A stretch of 64,000 nucleotides of DNA from Gemmatimonadales bacterium (GTDB taxonomy: Bacteria > Gemmatimonadota > Gemmatimonadetes > Gemmatimonadales > GWC2-71-9), in NCBI GenBank assembly GCA_965249575.1, contig OZ252244.1, positions 64,001 to 128,000 of the forward strand, written 5' to 3'. This document shows positions 1-10,179 of this stretch, piece by piece. The position numbers and the translations under genes were made by a program. Under the pieces are notes generated by a model. The model was given only the letters and a program-made list of their open reading frames with translations. It searched no databases and was not told the origin of the DNA. The first letter of the stretch is position 1; every line of letters begins with the position of its first letter.

Positions 1-270
1 CCCCCTCACGGCCATGCTCAGCTCTAGCGCCTTTGCTGAAATGCGCCCAGCATCGTCAAACCCACCTGCCTCCGGAAGGTACACGAGCGTTTCGATTGCC
101 TCGATCAATCGTCGATATGGTGTGGGATCGATCTTCTGCGCGACAGGCTCCGACGGAGCCTCGGCGGCGGGCGTATCCGCCTGCTCTGGTGCTGAATCGA
201 GCCGCCCGAGCATGTAGAACCCGAGCGCGGCCACGGCGACCACCACGACCAGTACACGAGCAGACGACAT
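1..270 (-). CDS. Hypothetical membrane-anchored protein, 5' part (runs off the window)
   Basis: Manual translation from ATG at 270: MSSARVLVVVVAVAALGFYMLGRLDSAPEQ..., hydrophobic N-terminus, open to position 1. Confidence 0.55.
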   Translation of the reverse strand, partial: MSSARVLVVVVAVAALGFYMLGRLDSAPEQADTPAAEAPSEPVAQKIDPTPYRRLIEAIETLVYLPEAGGFDDAGRISAKALELSMAVRG

Positions 271-412
271 GCCCGCGCGGCTCCCGGAATTGTCTAGGAC
301 GCGGAGTGCGAGCATCGATTCCCCTATCGTTGCGAGCTACCGCTACATCGATGTGTTTTCGGCCGACCAAAGGAAAAAGTTCACTCTTCCGGGGGCTGGG
401 ACGCCCCCGCGC

Positions 413-1858
413 TCACGCCTGGCTCGCCAAATTGAGCTCGAAGAACGCGACCTCGGGCGGGGCACCCAACCGAATGGGCAGGACCGACGTCCCGAGGCCG
501 CGTGAGACATAGAGGAAGGGGCGCACGTCCCGGTACCAGCCACTCAGGTAACGCCCGGAGCCCCTGGGCCGTATTGGCGCCCACCCCCGGAATGCTACTT
601 GGCCGCCGTGGGCATGCCCCGACAACACGTACTGCGGTGTGTACTGCGAGAGCCGGCCAACGCCCCCTCTCGGGAGACCCGCCGCCCGCCGGGGCGTATG
701 GTAGATCTCATCGCGAAAAATCGGGCAATGTGCGAGAACGATGTGGTGCCGGTGAGGGGCAAAGCCATCCAGCGCGCCCATCAGGTTCGGCCATCCTCCA
801 ACCTCGTCGTCGAGGCCGGTGATCAGGACGTCGTGTCCGGCATGCCGGTGCAGCAGCGACTGGTTAATGAGCAGTTGGGCATTCGCAGCCTCGTATGCCC
901 CGCGCAGCCGGCGCTCGTCCACCCGGGCCCATCGCTCCCAGTTACCGAGGATCGCGACCTTCGGGATCTGCTCGTCGAGGAGACCCAGGAACGCGGAAAG
1001 TTCTGCGATTCGGTCGCCCCTGTCGATCGAATCGCCGGTGAACAACACCAGGTCGGGACCGAGCTCGCTCACCGCCGCCGCGACCCGCTCCTCGTGGCCA
1101 CCAACAGTCTGCAGATGCAGGTCGGTAAGCTGCACCATTCGAAAGACGGGCTCCCCACCGCGCCCTGGAGAGCCTAGGAAATGCCGCGTGACGGAAACGG
1201 TCTCCGCGAAAAACGCTGCCGGTTTCCCGTTCGACGCGGTCAGAATCACCTCCTCGATATCTCGGGCGTACTTTTCCGCGCAGTCGTCATGCGGGGGACC
1301 AAACACGCATCGGTAGCAGTAGGGCGACAAGGCGTGTTTCACCCAGGGAACCGCGGTCGCGAGGGGTCGCCAACCGAACTGGCCGGTCAGGTTGGTCGCG
1401 AGGGTGCTTCGGCCCGAGTACGAGTACCGGAGCGCGATGATCTCGTCACGTCCCGTGTACATGCGAGCGAGCATGATGGCCGTCTCGACCGCTTCCGTTC
1501 CGCTGTTGGTGAAGAAGGTTCGCTTGAGCCCGGCCCCAGGGGCAATCGCTGCCAACCGGCGCGCGGCGGTCACCTGGTTCTCGGTCAAGTACAGTGTGGA
1601 GGTGTGTCCCAGCCTCCCCACTTGTTCCCGCACGCGCTCCACGACCTCCGGATGGCAGTGGCCGAGCGAGGTCGTGAGGATACCGCTGAAAAAGTCCAGA
1701 AACTCCCGACCGTCGGCATCGACTGCTGTCGTACCCCGCCCTTCGACGAGCACCAGGGGGTCGGTGTAGTAAGGCTGCGCGCACTGAATGAGGAACTCCC
1801 CGTACCCCGATTTGACAGCCGCCGAGAGCCTAGCCGCACTGCTCGTTGCGTTCCCCAT
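413..1858 (-). CDS. Chimeric ORF: class III aminotransferase N-terminal half fused in frame to a YkuE-like metallophosphoesterase
   Basis: N-half has EGRG..DADGREFLDFFSGI..LGHCHP and FTNSGTEAVE and stops at AAFFAET (~1198), with no DEVQ motif or PLP lysine. C-half has DLH, TGD, GNWE, LAH and SGHAHGGQ. Confidence 0.75.
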   Translation of the reverse strand: MGNATSSAARLSAAVKSGYGEFLIQCAQPYYTDPLVLVEGRGTTAVDADGREFLDFFSGILTTSLGHCHPEVVERVREQVGRLGHTSTLYLTENQVTAARRLAAIAPGAGLKRTFFTNSGTEAVETAIMLARMYTGRDEIIALRYSYSGRSTLATNLTGQFGWRPLATAVPWVKHALSPYCYRCVFGPPHDDCAEKYARDIEEVILTASNGKPAAFFAETVSVTRHFLGSPGRGGEPVFRMVQLTDLHLQTVGGHEERVAAAVSELGPDLVLFTGDSIDRGDRIAELSAFLGLLDEQIPKVAILGNWERWARVDERRLRGAYEAANAQLLINQSLLHRHAGHDVLITGLDDEVGGWPNLMGALDGFAPHRHHIVLAHCPIFRDEIYHTPRRAAGLPRGGVGRLSQYTPQYVLSGHAHGGQVAFRGWAPIRPRGSGRYLSGWYRDVRPFLYVSRGLGTSVLPIRLGAPPEVAFFELNLASQA

Positions 1859-1961
1859 CCGATTCCCCTATGACAATGATCCGATACCCGAACATCGAGT
1901 GCCCAAAAACCGAAATCTCAATGCCCTAAAGCTACACAAAGTCCGCACCCGCAGTTTTCCC

Positions 1962-2011
1962 CTCACCGCTCACCACTGACCACTCTACTATTCACCATTC
2001 ACCACTCCTCA
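1962..2011. repeat. Degenerate heptamer tandem repeat (YTCACCA-like, about 7 units)
   Basis: ctcaccg ctcacca ctgacca ctctacta ttcacca ttcacca ctcctca, intergenic. Confidence 0.6.
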
Positions 2012-2028
2012 TCTGGCGTTGCTCACTC

Positions 2029-2989
2029 TCATCTGCCTCCCCCACCGATCTCCTCGAACGTCAAATTGGTGATGGGATACTCCGGCCAGTCCTTGTAGTC
2101 GAAGTGCCACCACTCGACCACGTACACGCTGAATCCTTCAGACTCCATCGCTTTTTTCAACAAATCCCGGTACCACCGTTGGCGGCTCGTACCACCCGGG
2201 TAGCCTGGAAACGCCCGCGGAGAGAATTCGTCGTAGCCGCCTACCATGCGCACCGGACGGCCGCTCGAACGCTCATATAGTGTGAGATCCACGGCCGAGC
2301 CACGATTGTGCCGAGACCCGCGCTCCGGATTGGCAACGAACATCCTCAGACTGTCGGGGGTGGCATCCCAGAACATCTTGCTCACGTACCATCGACGATA
2401 GGCATCGTGAATCAGCAACCCGTAGCCTTGGTCCCGGAGCTTGCGATGGGCCCGTACGAGGGCCTCGGCGGCCGGGCGCTGCATGAACGCCTTTCCTTCC
2501 GTATAGAAGGCCGTGCTCACGAAGTTGTTGGTCGTCGCGTACCGCATATCCCGCAGAATGGTAGCGTCCAGCTCCGTCAATTCGACGAGGTCGGGCTCAC
2601 GAAACACGCCCGTTTCCTCCGGAGGTATCGCGGTCAAGGCTTCCCGCGTCAACTCGTCTGCTGGTCGGAGTGGAGTGATCTTAAACGTCGCTCCATTCCC
2701 GGCGCCCACCGGTCGCCTCGGGAAAACCATGCCTCCCGCCTCAGCCGCGGTTACCCGCCCGAGTTCATCACGCTCGAACACGACCTGCTCTCCCTGATAG
2801 AGTCCGGCGTCCGGAAACGCGAACACGCTCGTGGACACCTCGGTAAGGGGATACTCGAAAAACCACTCGATGAGAGCACGGAGACCGCCGTCCTTCTCGA
2901 GGATGTACAGCGTGTTGTAGTCCCAACCGTATTCGCCGATCAGCGGGCGCCAGCGCTCCGGCGGGGCGCGTGGGCGTGCAACCGTCACC
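2029..2989 (-). pseudogene. C-terminal part of a serine hydrolase/D-Ala-D-Ala dipeptidase (peptidase M15D, VanX-like) fusion
   Basis: DMRYATTNNF, IHDAYR, SRHNRGSAVDLT and EWWHFD motifs; no own start, joined out of frame to the upstream serine hydrolase. Confidence 0.8.
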
Positions 2990-3706
2990 CTACGTCCACA
3001 TCTGCGCCTTGGCCACGCGCCCTTCAATCGACGAATCCGGCCCGAACGCACTGCTGGACAGGCCCGCAGGTTCGAGCACTGCGCGCTCCAGATACCGCGC
3101 GAATGGTACGTGCTGCGTCTGCTCCAACACGTACCCGGCAACGGCGATTGCGGCGTTCGAGTATTTCGTGCGAGTCCCTGGGGGATAGACCAACTTCGTT
3201 CCGTTCAAGCTCCGGACGGTCTCCGCGAGAGACGGGCCACTCGAATCGAGGTAGTGACCCACGGGAGGCTCCCGTACCAATCCGGAGCGGTGCGTCATCA
3301 GCCAGCGCAGGGTGATGGGCGTCTCGAACGGATTCTCCGGCCGGAAGTCTGGGAGGTAATCCGTTATTGGCACGTCGAGATCTAGCTCCCCGCGCTCGAC
3401 GAGCTGCATGACCCCGATATCCGTAAACAACTTCGACACCGACCCTACACGATACACAGTGTTCGCGGTGGCGGGAGCGCTGTCGCTGGGGTCGGCCAAT
3501 CCAAACCCCCGCGCCCACACAACCTCCTGACCGTCGACTAGGGCAATGGACACCGCCGGGAGCTGGTGCGCGACGACCTCCCGCTCGACGTACTGCTCGA
3601 GGCGGCGGGCAATACCAGCATAGTCCCCCGTTGCGCGCACGACCGCATCCGAACCATCGCGACATCCAAACGCACCGAGTAGAATCCCCGTGAGCACGAA
3701 CCCCAC
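2990..3706 (-). pseudogene. Serine hydrolase (beta-lactamase class C-like) lipoprotein, N-terminal part
   Basis: Lipobox LGAFGC, SVSK (SxxK), LMTHRSGL, YSN; ends abruptly at KAQMWT*. Start approximate. Confidence 0.8.
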
Positions 3707-3892
3707 GCGGACTCCGGGTATCCGCGCGACGCACGAGACACAGTTACTCCAGCTCCCGTTCCAGCTCGTTTGGAAATCCTTGCTCGAAATCATCGTGGCG
3801 ACTGATCTGTGGCGGCGCACGACGCCGCGCCAACGTTGGCCGCGGTTCCAAGCCATCCCATATACGGCCTTTACAGAAGGGGCATCGGGACC

Positions 3893-4723
3893 TTGTCAGT
3901 CCCACCGAGCAACCGCCCGGGCGATTTCACCATACGCATCCTGCGGGGTCAATCCGACTATGATGCCTGCGTCGAGCTGCAGCGACTGACGTGGGGTGCA
4001 AATTTCACCGAGCTGGTCCCTCCCTCCCTCCAGATGGTGACGCAAAAAATGGGTGGCGTCGCGGCCGGGGCGTTTGACTCCGACGGCGGGATGGTGGGCT
4101 TCGTCTACGGCATGACCGGGGTGCACAACGGACGCGTCGCGCATTGGTCTCACATGCTCGCGGTCCGCGAGCGCGTCCAAGGACTGGGGCTGGGGCGCCA
4201 GCTCAAACAATTCCAACGCGAGCTGCTGCTTGAGATGGACATCGATCTGATCTACTGGACGTATGATCCGCTCGTGGCCCGCAACGCGCACCTGAATCTC
4301 AATCGGTTGGGTGCATCCCCCATCGAGTACGTGCGGGACATGTACGGTGGCGCTACCGACAGCGACTTGCACAGCGGTCTGGGCACGGACCGATTCGTAG
4401 TCGAGTGGCAAACCTGTGGGGAGCTAGCCACCGCCCGTGCACGGGGCGATCGACTCCCCAACATCGGGCGTTACGATACGCTCCCAGCTGTCAATGCGAA
4501 CGCGGAGGAGGGACCGCTTTCACGCGCGGACTCGGTGCGAGTGGAGATCCCGTCGGACATCATGGCGACGAAGCACGAGTCGGCCGACGTTGCGTGGCAA
4601 TGGCGCCTCACGACGCGGCGCGCCCTCATGGACTACCTCGCGAGCGGATATGCCGTCGAGGCGTTTTATCGAGACGGCCGCGATGGCCGTTGCTACTACG
4701 TAGTGTCGAGGGTAGGAACATAG
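3893..4723 (+). CDS. GNAT N-acyltransferase, probable D-amino acid N-succinyltransferase
   Basis: HWSHMLAV..QGLGLGRQLK, WTYDPL..RNAHLN, GTDRFVVEW; directly upstream of NSAR/OSBS; probable TTG start at 3893. Confidence 0.8.
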   Translation: MSVPPSNRPGDFTIRILRGQSDYDACVELQRLTWGANFTELVPPSLQMVTQKMGGVAAGAFDSDGGMVGFVYGMTGVHNGRVAHWSHMLAVRERVQGLGLGRQLKQFQRELLLEMDIDLIYWTYDPLVARNAHLNLNRLGASPIEYVRDMYGGATDSDLHSGLGTDRFVVEWQTCGELATARARGDRLPNIGRYDTLPAVNANAEEGPLSRADSVRVEIPSDIMATKHESADVAWQWRLTTRRALMDYLASGYAVEAFYRDGRDGRCYYVVSRVGT

Positions 4724-4727
4724 CGTC

Positions 4728-5858
4728 ATGACCCTCTGCGTCGGACAGATCGCGCTTCGGGAAATCGAGCTCCCGCTACGAGAGCCGTTTCAGATTTCGT
4801 CGGGAACCGTTGCGACCCGGCGCATTCTGCTACTCGAGCTTCGCTCAGTCGATGGTGCCGCGGCATGGAGCGAGTGCGTGGCGGGAGACCTTCCAAACTA
4901 TTCTCCCGAAACGATCGAGACGGCGTGGTTGGCACTGAAACAGTGGGTAGCCCCGCGCGTCCTCGGCGTGCGGTTCGACAGCCCCAAGGCCGTACACCCG
5001 GCCCTCGAGCGCGACTTCCGGGGCCACCACATGGCCAAGGCGGCCGTGGAGATGGGATGCTGGGCGCTGATGGCTCGGACGGAGGGCGTGAGCCTGTCCC
5101 ACCTGCTGGGCGGCACCCGTGACCAGATCCCCACCGGCATATCACTGGGGATTCAGTCGACCCCGGAAGCGCTGGTCGATCGCGCACGCGCGGCACACGA
5201 ACTCGGATACCGGAAGATCAAGCTCAAGATCACACCCGGCCACGACATCGCCTACGTGGCCGCCGTTCGGGAGGCTCTCGGCGATGGTGCGCGCCTCATG
5301 GCCGACGCGAACAATTCATACACACTAGACGACGCGGAGCATCTAGCGCAGCTCGATGCGTTCGGACTCATTATGATTGAGCAGCCCCTGGCCTGGGACG
5401 ATCTCAGGCGGCACGCCGAGCTGCAGCGGAAGTTGAAGACCCCAATCTGCCTCGACGAGTCGATCACGGGGATCGAGCGGGTCGAGGATATGATCGCGCT
5501 CCGGAGCGGAAAGATCGTGAACATCAAGCCCGGCCGAGTGGGTGGCTTTACCTCCTCCGTGGCGATTCACGATCTCTGCCAGCGACACGGGATTCCGGTC
5601 TGGTGCGGCGGCATGCTCGAGAGCGGCGTGGGGCGGGCGCACAACGTCGCTCTCGCGTCGCTCCCGAACTTCTCGCTCCCGGGGGACCTGAGCCCGAGTG
5701 CGCGGTATTGGGAACGTGACGTCGTAACGCCCGAATGGACGATGAGCGCCGACGGGATGGTCCGCGTCCCGCGGGAGGCGACCGGAATCGGAGTCGACGT
5801 GGACATGGACCGTGTAGCTGACCTGACGACCCGTCAGGAGACGCTCACCGACGACTGA
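4728..5858 (+). CDS. menC: o-succinylbenzoate synthase / N-succinylamino acid racemase (enolase superfamily)
   Basis: KIKLKI (KxK), DANN, EQP, DES, NIKPGRVGG, WCGGMLESGVGRA. Confidence 0.9.
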   Translation: MTLCVGQIALREIELPLREPFQISSGTVATRRILLLELRSVDGAAAWSECVAGDLPNYSPETIETAWLALKQWVAPRVLGVRFDSPKAVHPALERDFRGHHMAKAAVEMGCWALMARTEGVSLSHLLGGTRDQIPTGISLGIQSTPEALVDRARAAHELGYRKIKLKITPGHDIAYVAAVREALGDGARLMADANNSYTLDDAEHLAQLDAFGLIMIEQPLAWDDLRRHAELQRKLKTPICLDESITGIERVEDMIALRSGKIVNIKPGRVGGFTSSVAIHDLCQRHGIPVWCGGMLESGVGRAHNVALASLPNFSLPGDLSPSARYWERDVVTPEWTMSADGMVRVPREATGIGVDVDMDRVADLTTRQETLTDD

Positions 5859-5983
5859 CGAGACGTTCGATGCTCGGAGCCAGGCATTCCAACATGCGCC
5901 AGCCTGGCCGAACTCAAAGCAGCCTGGGGCGACCTGGGGCAACCTGAAGGATAGAGGGCCGAAGCCCGGGAGAGCCGCCGACC

Positions 5984-7168
5984 GTGTTACCGAATCTCGA
6001 GCCGCTGTTTCCAGCCGATGCGCGCCAACGGCTCATCGAGCTGCGACGTGATTTACACCGCCACCCCGAGCTGTCGCGGCACGAGGAGCGCACGGCCCGC
6101 CGCCTTCAGGATGAGCTTGAAGCACTCGAACCGGCGCACATTCAGCGCCTCGCCGGAACCGGCGTGGTCGCGCGATTTCGGGGAAAGGACCGCAATGCCC
6201 CGGTCGTCGCAGTACGGGGAGACATCGATGCCCTACCGATACACGAGGAGACCGGCCTCGACTTCGCGTCAGCCAATCCGGGAGTGATGCACGCGTGTGG
6301 TCACGATGTCCACGCGACCTGGGCCGTCGGGGCGGCGTATCTCCTGACCAAGCATCCGGCCGCGGGTGACGTCGTGGCGATTCTCCAACCAGCCGAGGAG
6401 GCGGGCAACGGAGCAGCGTCGATGGTCGACGCCGGCGCGTTGGAGGGGGTGAGCGCAATCTTCGGAGCGCACGTCGATCGACGCTTCGCCGTGGGGCAGG
6501 TCGTTGCCGAGGCCGGACCACTCAATGCGGCCACCGACATGTTCGAAATCGAGCTCATGGGAAGTGGCGCGCACGGGGCGCGTCCCCACGAAGCCGCCGA
6601 CCCAATCGTCGGGGCAGCCGCGCTGATCGGTGCCCTGCAGACGATCGTCTCCCGGCGCTTGAATCCCGCCTCTCCTGCCGTTGTGAGCGTGGGCTCTATT
6701 CACGCGGGCGCCGCCTCGAACGTCATCCCCGACCGCGCGACGCTCAAGGGCACGCTGCGCGCCTTTGACCCCGAGGTCCGGCAGATGCTACAAAACGAGG
6801 TGCGCCACATCGCGGAAACCACGGCGGCACGTCACCACTTGCGGGTCGAAATCACCATCGAACGGGGGACCCCGGCCGTCATCAATCTCGAGGAACCGGC
6901 CGGTTGGGCGCGGACGGCAGCCGCCAACGTGCTCGGTGAGGATGCCATCGTCCCATTGGGGTTCCTCAACATGGGCGGCGAGGACTTCTCCTGTTATCTC
7001 GAGAAGGTGCCGGGCGCATTCCTTCGAATCGGTGGCCGGGAGGAGGGTGGCAAGCCCATTCCAGCACACTCGCCGCGCTTTTATGCAGCCGAGGACAGCA
7101 TCTTCGTCGGGGCCGCGGTGTTGGCTGAGACGGCAAGGGTCGCGGCGGAGGCGCTCAAGGGAGGATGA
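5984..7168 (+). CDS. M20D family amidohydrolase
   Basis: RRDLHRHPEL, RGDIDALP, MHACGHD, QPAEE, GEDF, HSP. Confidence 0.9.
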   Translation: MLPNLEPLFPADARQRLIELRRDLHRHPELSRHEERTARRLQDELEALEPAHIQRLAGTGVVARFRGKDRNAPVVAVRGDIDALPIHEETGLDFASANPGVMHACGHDVHATWAVGAAYLLTKHPAAGDVVAILQPAEEAGNGAASMVDAGALEGVSAIFGAHVDRRFAVGQVVAEAGPLNAATDMFEIELMGSGAHGARPHEAADPIVGAAALIGALQTIVSRRLNPASPAVVSVGSIHAGAASNVIPDRATLKGTLRAFDPEVRQMLQNEVRHIAETTAARHHLRVEITIERGTPAVINLEEPAGWARTAAANVLGEDAIVPLGFLNMGGEDFSCYLEKVPGAFLRIGGREEGGKPIPAHSPRFYAAEDSIFVGAAVLAETARVAAEALKGG

Positions 7169-7243
7169 GCAGCCTACCGCATCTCAATTATTTGCGGCGG
7201 GCGGGTCCGCGCCCCCGGTCCTACTCCTTAATGGTTTGGAGAG

Positions 7244-7333
7244 AGCTTGCCTAGGGGGACGTGGATCGACGCGGAAAACGTCCAACTACTCTGCGCCCGT
7301 CACGACATCCAGAAGCGAGATCGAATCGAGTGA
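7244..7333 (+). pseudogene. HNH endonuclease C-terminal remnant
   Basis: Translates ...RGTWIDAENVQLLCARHDIQKRDRIE*, resembling the HNH tail GG...NxQxLCxxxN..K. Confidence 0.5.
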
Positions 7334-7409
7334 ATGTTTCCGGGGGCGCTTTCCGGCTGGATGCCACCCGCGGCAACCCAGTTAAGGGGTCCCCATCCTA
7401 GACTCCCCA

Positions 7410-8123
7410 TTGCTCATCGGTGCCGCGGCGATCGTGGCCGGCGCCGTGGCAGCCGTATCCGGTTTCGGAATCGGCAGCCTCCTCACACCCCTGCTCCTAC
7501 TCTCGATGCCTACCGCGCACGCGGTGGCGATCCTGGCCATCCCCCACGCGCTCGCGACAGGGATTCGCTGGCTTCGCCTTCGCTCGGATGTGGATCGGCC
7601 GACGTTTCGGCAGTTCGGCGTTGCGAGCGCCGTGGGCGGTTTGGCCGGCGCCGCTCTTCAATCTCAGCTCGGGAGCCCTGCCCTCACGATCGTGCTCGCG
7701 TCGCTCTTACTGCTCGCGGGGACGACAGAGCTGGCCAAGCGCCGCATTCCGTTGCCCCAGACGCGCTTCTGGCGGCTGCTCGGCGGGACGCTGTCCGGCG
7801 CGTTCGGCGGGCTCGTCGGTAATCAAGGAGGCATTCGCGCCGCGGCCCTGCTCGGATTCCAACTTCCACCGCGTCGCCTCGTCGCGACGGCGACCGCCTC
7901 CGCGCTCCTTGTGGACGCAGCGAGGCTGCCCATCTATCTGCTTTCGGCGGGTACCGTGATCGCCAACGCGACCCAGCTCTGGGTCGCCGCGTCCGTTGGG
8001 GTCACTATCGGAACCTTCCTGGGCGTCCCCGTGCTCAGCCGGATTCCAGAGCCCGTCTACCGGCAGCTCGTCGGTGGAGTACTGGTTGCGCTGGGAATCG
8101 CATTGGTCGCCGCCGCCGTGTAG
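7410..8123 (+). CDS. Sulfite exporter TauE/SafE family membrane protein
   Basis: SGFGIGSLLTP and GGLVGNQGG motifs; many transmembrane segments. Confidence 0.8.
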   Translation: MLIGAAAIVAGAVAAVSGFGIGSLLTPLLLLSMPTAHAVAILAIPHALATGIRWLRLRSDVDRPTFRQFGVASAVGGLAGAALQSQLGSPALTIVLASLLLLAGTTELAKRRIPLPQTRFWRLLGGTLSGAFGGLVGNQGGIRAAALLGFQLPPRRLVATATASALLVDAARLPIYLLSAGTVIANATQLWVAASVGVTIGTFLGVPVLSRIPEPVYRQLVGGVLVALGIALVAAAV

Positions 8124-8160
8124 CACGCGGACAGGGGGTCAGGACCTTGGCTCGGGTCGG

Positions 8161-8736
8161 CTAGTGCGAGGCTGCCGGATATCGGCGCTCCGACCACATG
8201 ACATGAGCGTCACACGTACCGCTGTGATGGAGAAACGGCCAACCAGGCCGAGGCTCCTCCGCGGGAAGGCCCAGCGACTCCGGTCGGGCATCCGGCTGCT
8301 GCAGCAGATGGTACACGGTCATCGAGTCCGGTAGGTCGGCACCCGCAGCCAGCTGACCGGACGCTTCGATAATGAGCCCTCTGTTCGGAAGTGAGACGAT
8401 GCCAGCCGTCACGTCCTCGCAGAGCCGTTCTCGGAAGGCGGGGCCGCGGAGGCCCTGCTTCCTGAGCATCCGCTGATGGTCTAGAAACGGTGCGAGGGAG
8501 TCGGAGAAGCACGAGACTGAAAAGCGGTCATCACCCGCCTCGTCTCCCAGACACGTGAACGCGCCGTCGCCACTCGACTCCACCCGAACCCCGCCATCCG
8601 TGGGGCTCAGGAACGTCACGCCATCTCGCGCTCCTGCCGGGAGCATTCTCAGCAACTCGTCGACCTGCCGCTCGACCGGAGCCTGAGCCCAAGCACTCGG
8701 AATCGCGAGCCCGGTAACAGCCGCAACGACTCCCAC
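8161..8736 (-). CDS. Hypothetical secreted protein
   Basis: Signal-like AWAQA, FTCLGD..FSVSCF, HHSGTCDAHVM; the true ATG may be 8767, out of frame. Confidence 0.6.
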   Translation of the reverse strand: MGVVAAVTGLAIPSAWAQAPVERQVDELLRMLPAGARDGVTFLSPTDGGVRVESSGDGAFTCLGDEAGDDRFSVSCFSDSLAPFLDHQRMLRKQGLRGPAFRERLCEDVTAGIVSLPNRGLIIEASGQLAAGADLPDSMTVYHLLQQPDARPESLGLPAEEPRPGWPFLHHSGTCDAHVMWSERRYPAASH

Positions 8737-8789
8737 GATACCCGCGTATCGGGTGGAAAGACCTCATTCACGACCTCCGAGTCTGGGGC

Positions 8790-10115
8790 TCACGCATCCC
8801 TGCCCTTCCACCTCCAAAAGTAGTACGCCGGGATGCCACTCAGGACAAAGGCCGTCCCGATCGCCGCGCGAAGCGGCTGGGTGTAAACCGTGTTCAAGAC
8901 GATGGCAACGGCCGAAAGTACGAACAGGATCGGCGTGACGGGATATCCCGGTACTCGAAACGGCCGCTCCGCGTCCGGTTGGCGGCGACGGAAGACGAAC
9001 ACGGCGACCGCGGCTAGGGCGTAAAAGATCCACCCCGCGAAGATCACGTAGGTCAGGAGCTGCTCGAACGTCCCGCTCAACGCGAGCACCGCAGCCCATG
9101 CCGACCCCGTGATGATGGCAGGTGCCGGGGTGCCAAAGCGCGGGTGGACTTCTCCCAAGCGGCGAAAGAAGAGCTTGTCCTGCGCCATCGCGAAGTAGAC
9201 GCGGGGCGCCGTCAGGGCAATGGCGTTCGACGCACTGAATATCGACACCAGGATCACGACCGCGATGAGCTTCGCCCCAGCAGGCCCGACGAGAGCACCC
9301 ACCGCATCCGCGGCAACTCGATCGGATAACGACACGCCCTCCGGCCCCAGAGCCGCCACGTACGCCATGTTAGCCAGTACGTAGAGCACCACCAGCACGG
9401 CGGTCCCCAGGACCATGCCGCGAGCGAAGATACGCTGTGGATCGCGGGCCTCACCAGCGGAGAATGTGAGGTACTGCCACCCCTCATAGGCCCAGAGCAC
9501 GCCGATCATCGCCACGCCCGCACCGGAAAGGAGCGAGAAGCTCATGGTTTCGGGCCAGAACGCCACCTTCCCCCGCTCGGCGAGCCCGGTCCCCGCCAGG
9601 AGCAATACCACGCTCATGACCAGAATGACCGCTACTTTGATTGCAGTGGTCCAATTCTGAACGAGGGCGCTGTGCCGGGTTCCGCGCACGTTGATCACCG
9701 TAACGCTTGCCAGGAGTGCGAGGATCGTGATCTTCTCGCCGACTGGACCCAGCGGAACGAGCTCGTCCAGGTACGCGGTCGCCGCCACGGCCAGCGCCGC
9801 AGCCGAGCCGCAAGCAATCACCACAAAAAACGCCCAACCGTACAGGAACGCCGTCAGCGGCCCGAATGCATCGCGAAGGAACACGTACAGCCCGCCAGCT
9901 CGCGGGTTCATCGCGCCCAGCTCCCCATACGTCAATGCACCGAGTAGTGAGAGGATTCCACCGACCAACCACACCAGGAGCGCCACTCCCGCGTAGCCAC
10001 CCGACTGCCTCAGTGCAATCCCCGGTACCAAAAAGATCCCCGATCCGATCACGATACCGATCGCGATGAGGGTGAGCTCTCGTTGGCCGAGCGTGCGCTC
10101 GAGCGAGGTGGTCAT
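8790..10115 (-). CDS. APC family amino acid permease
   Basis: IGSGIF, YGELGAMNPRAGGLY, WAYEGW, PRVYFAMA. Confidence 0.9.
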   Translation of the reverse strand: MTTSLERTLGQRELTLIAIGIVIGSGIFLVPGIALRQSGGYAGVALLVWLVGGILSLLGALTYGELGAMNPRAGGLYVFLRDAFGPLTAFLYGWAFFVVIACGSAAALAVAATAYLDELVPLGPVGEKITILALLASVTVINVRGTRHSALVQNWTTAIKVAVILVMSVVLLLAGTGLAERGKVAFWPETMSFSLLSGAGVAMIGVLWAYEGWQYLTFSAGEARDPQRIFARGMVLGTAVLVVLYVLANMAYVAALGPEGVSLSDRVAADAVGALVGPAGAKLIAVVILVSIFSASNAIALTAPRVYFAMAQDKLFFRRLGEVHPRFGTPAPAIITGSAWAAVLALSGTFEQLLTYVIFAGWIFYALAAVAVFVFRRRQPDAERPFRVPGYPVTPILFVLSAVAIVLNTVYTQPLRAAIGTAFVLSGIPAYYFWRWKGRDA

Positions 10116-10179
10116 GGTAGAGATCCGGAGATGAGCGGATGAGATGGTAGCGCGGGAGTAGCACCGGCGCTACGGCCCC

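Noticed and set aside
2029..2989. vanX as a vancomycin resistance locus
   Set aside because: No vanH/vanA/vanRS; the domain belongs to a serine hydrolase fusion
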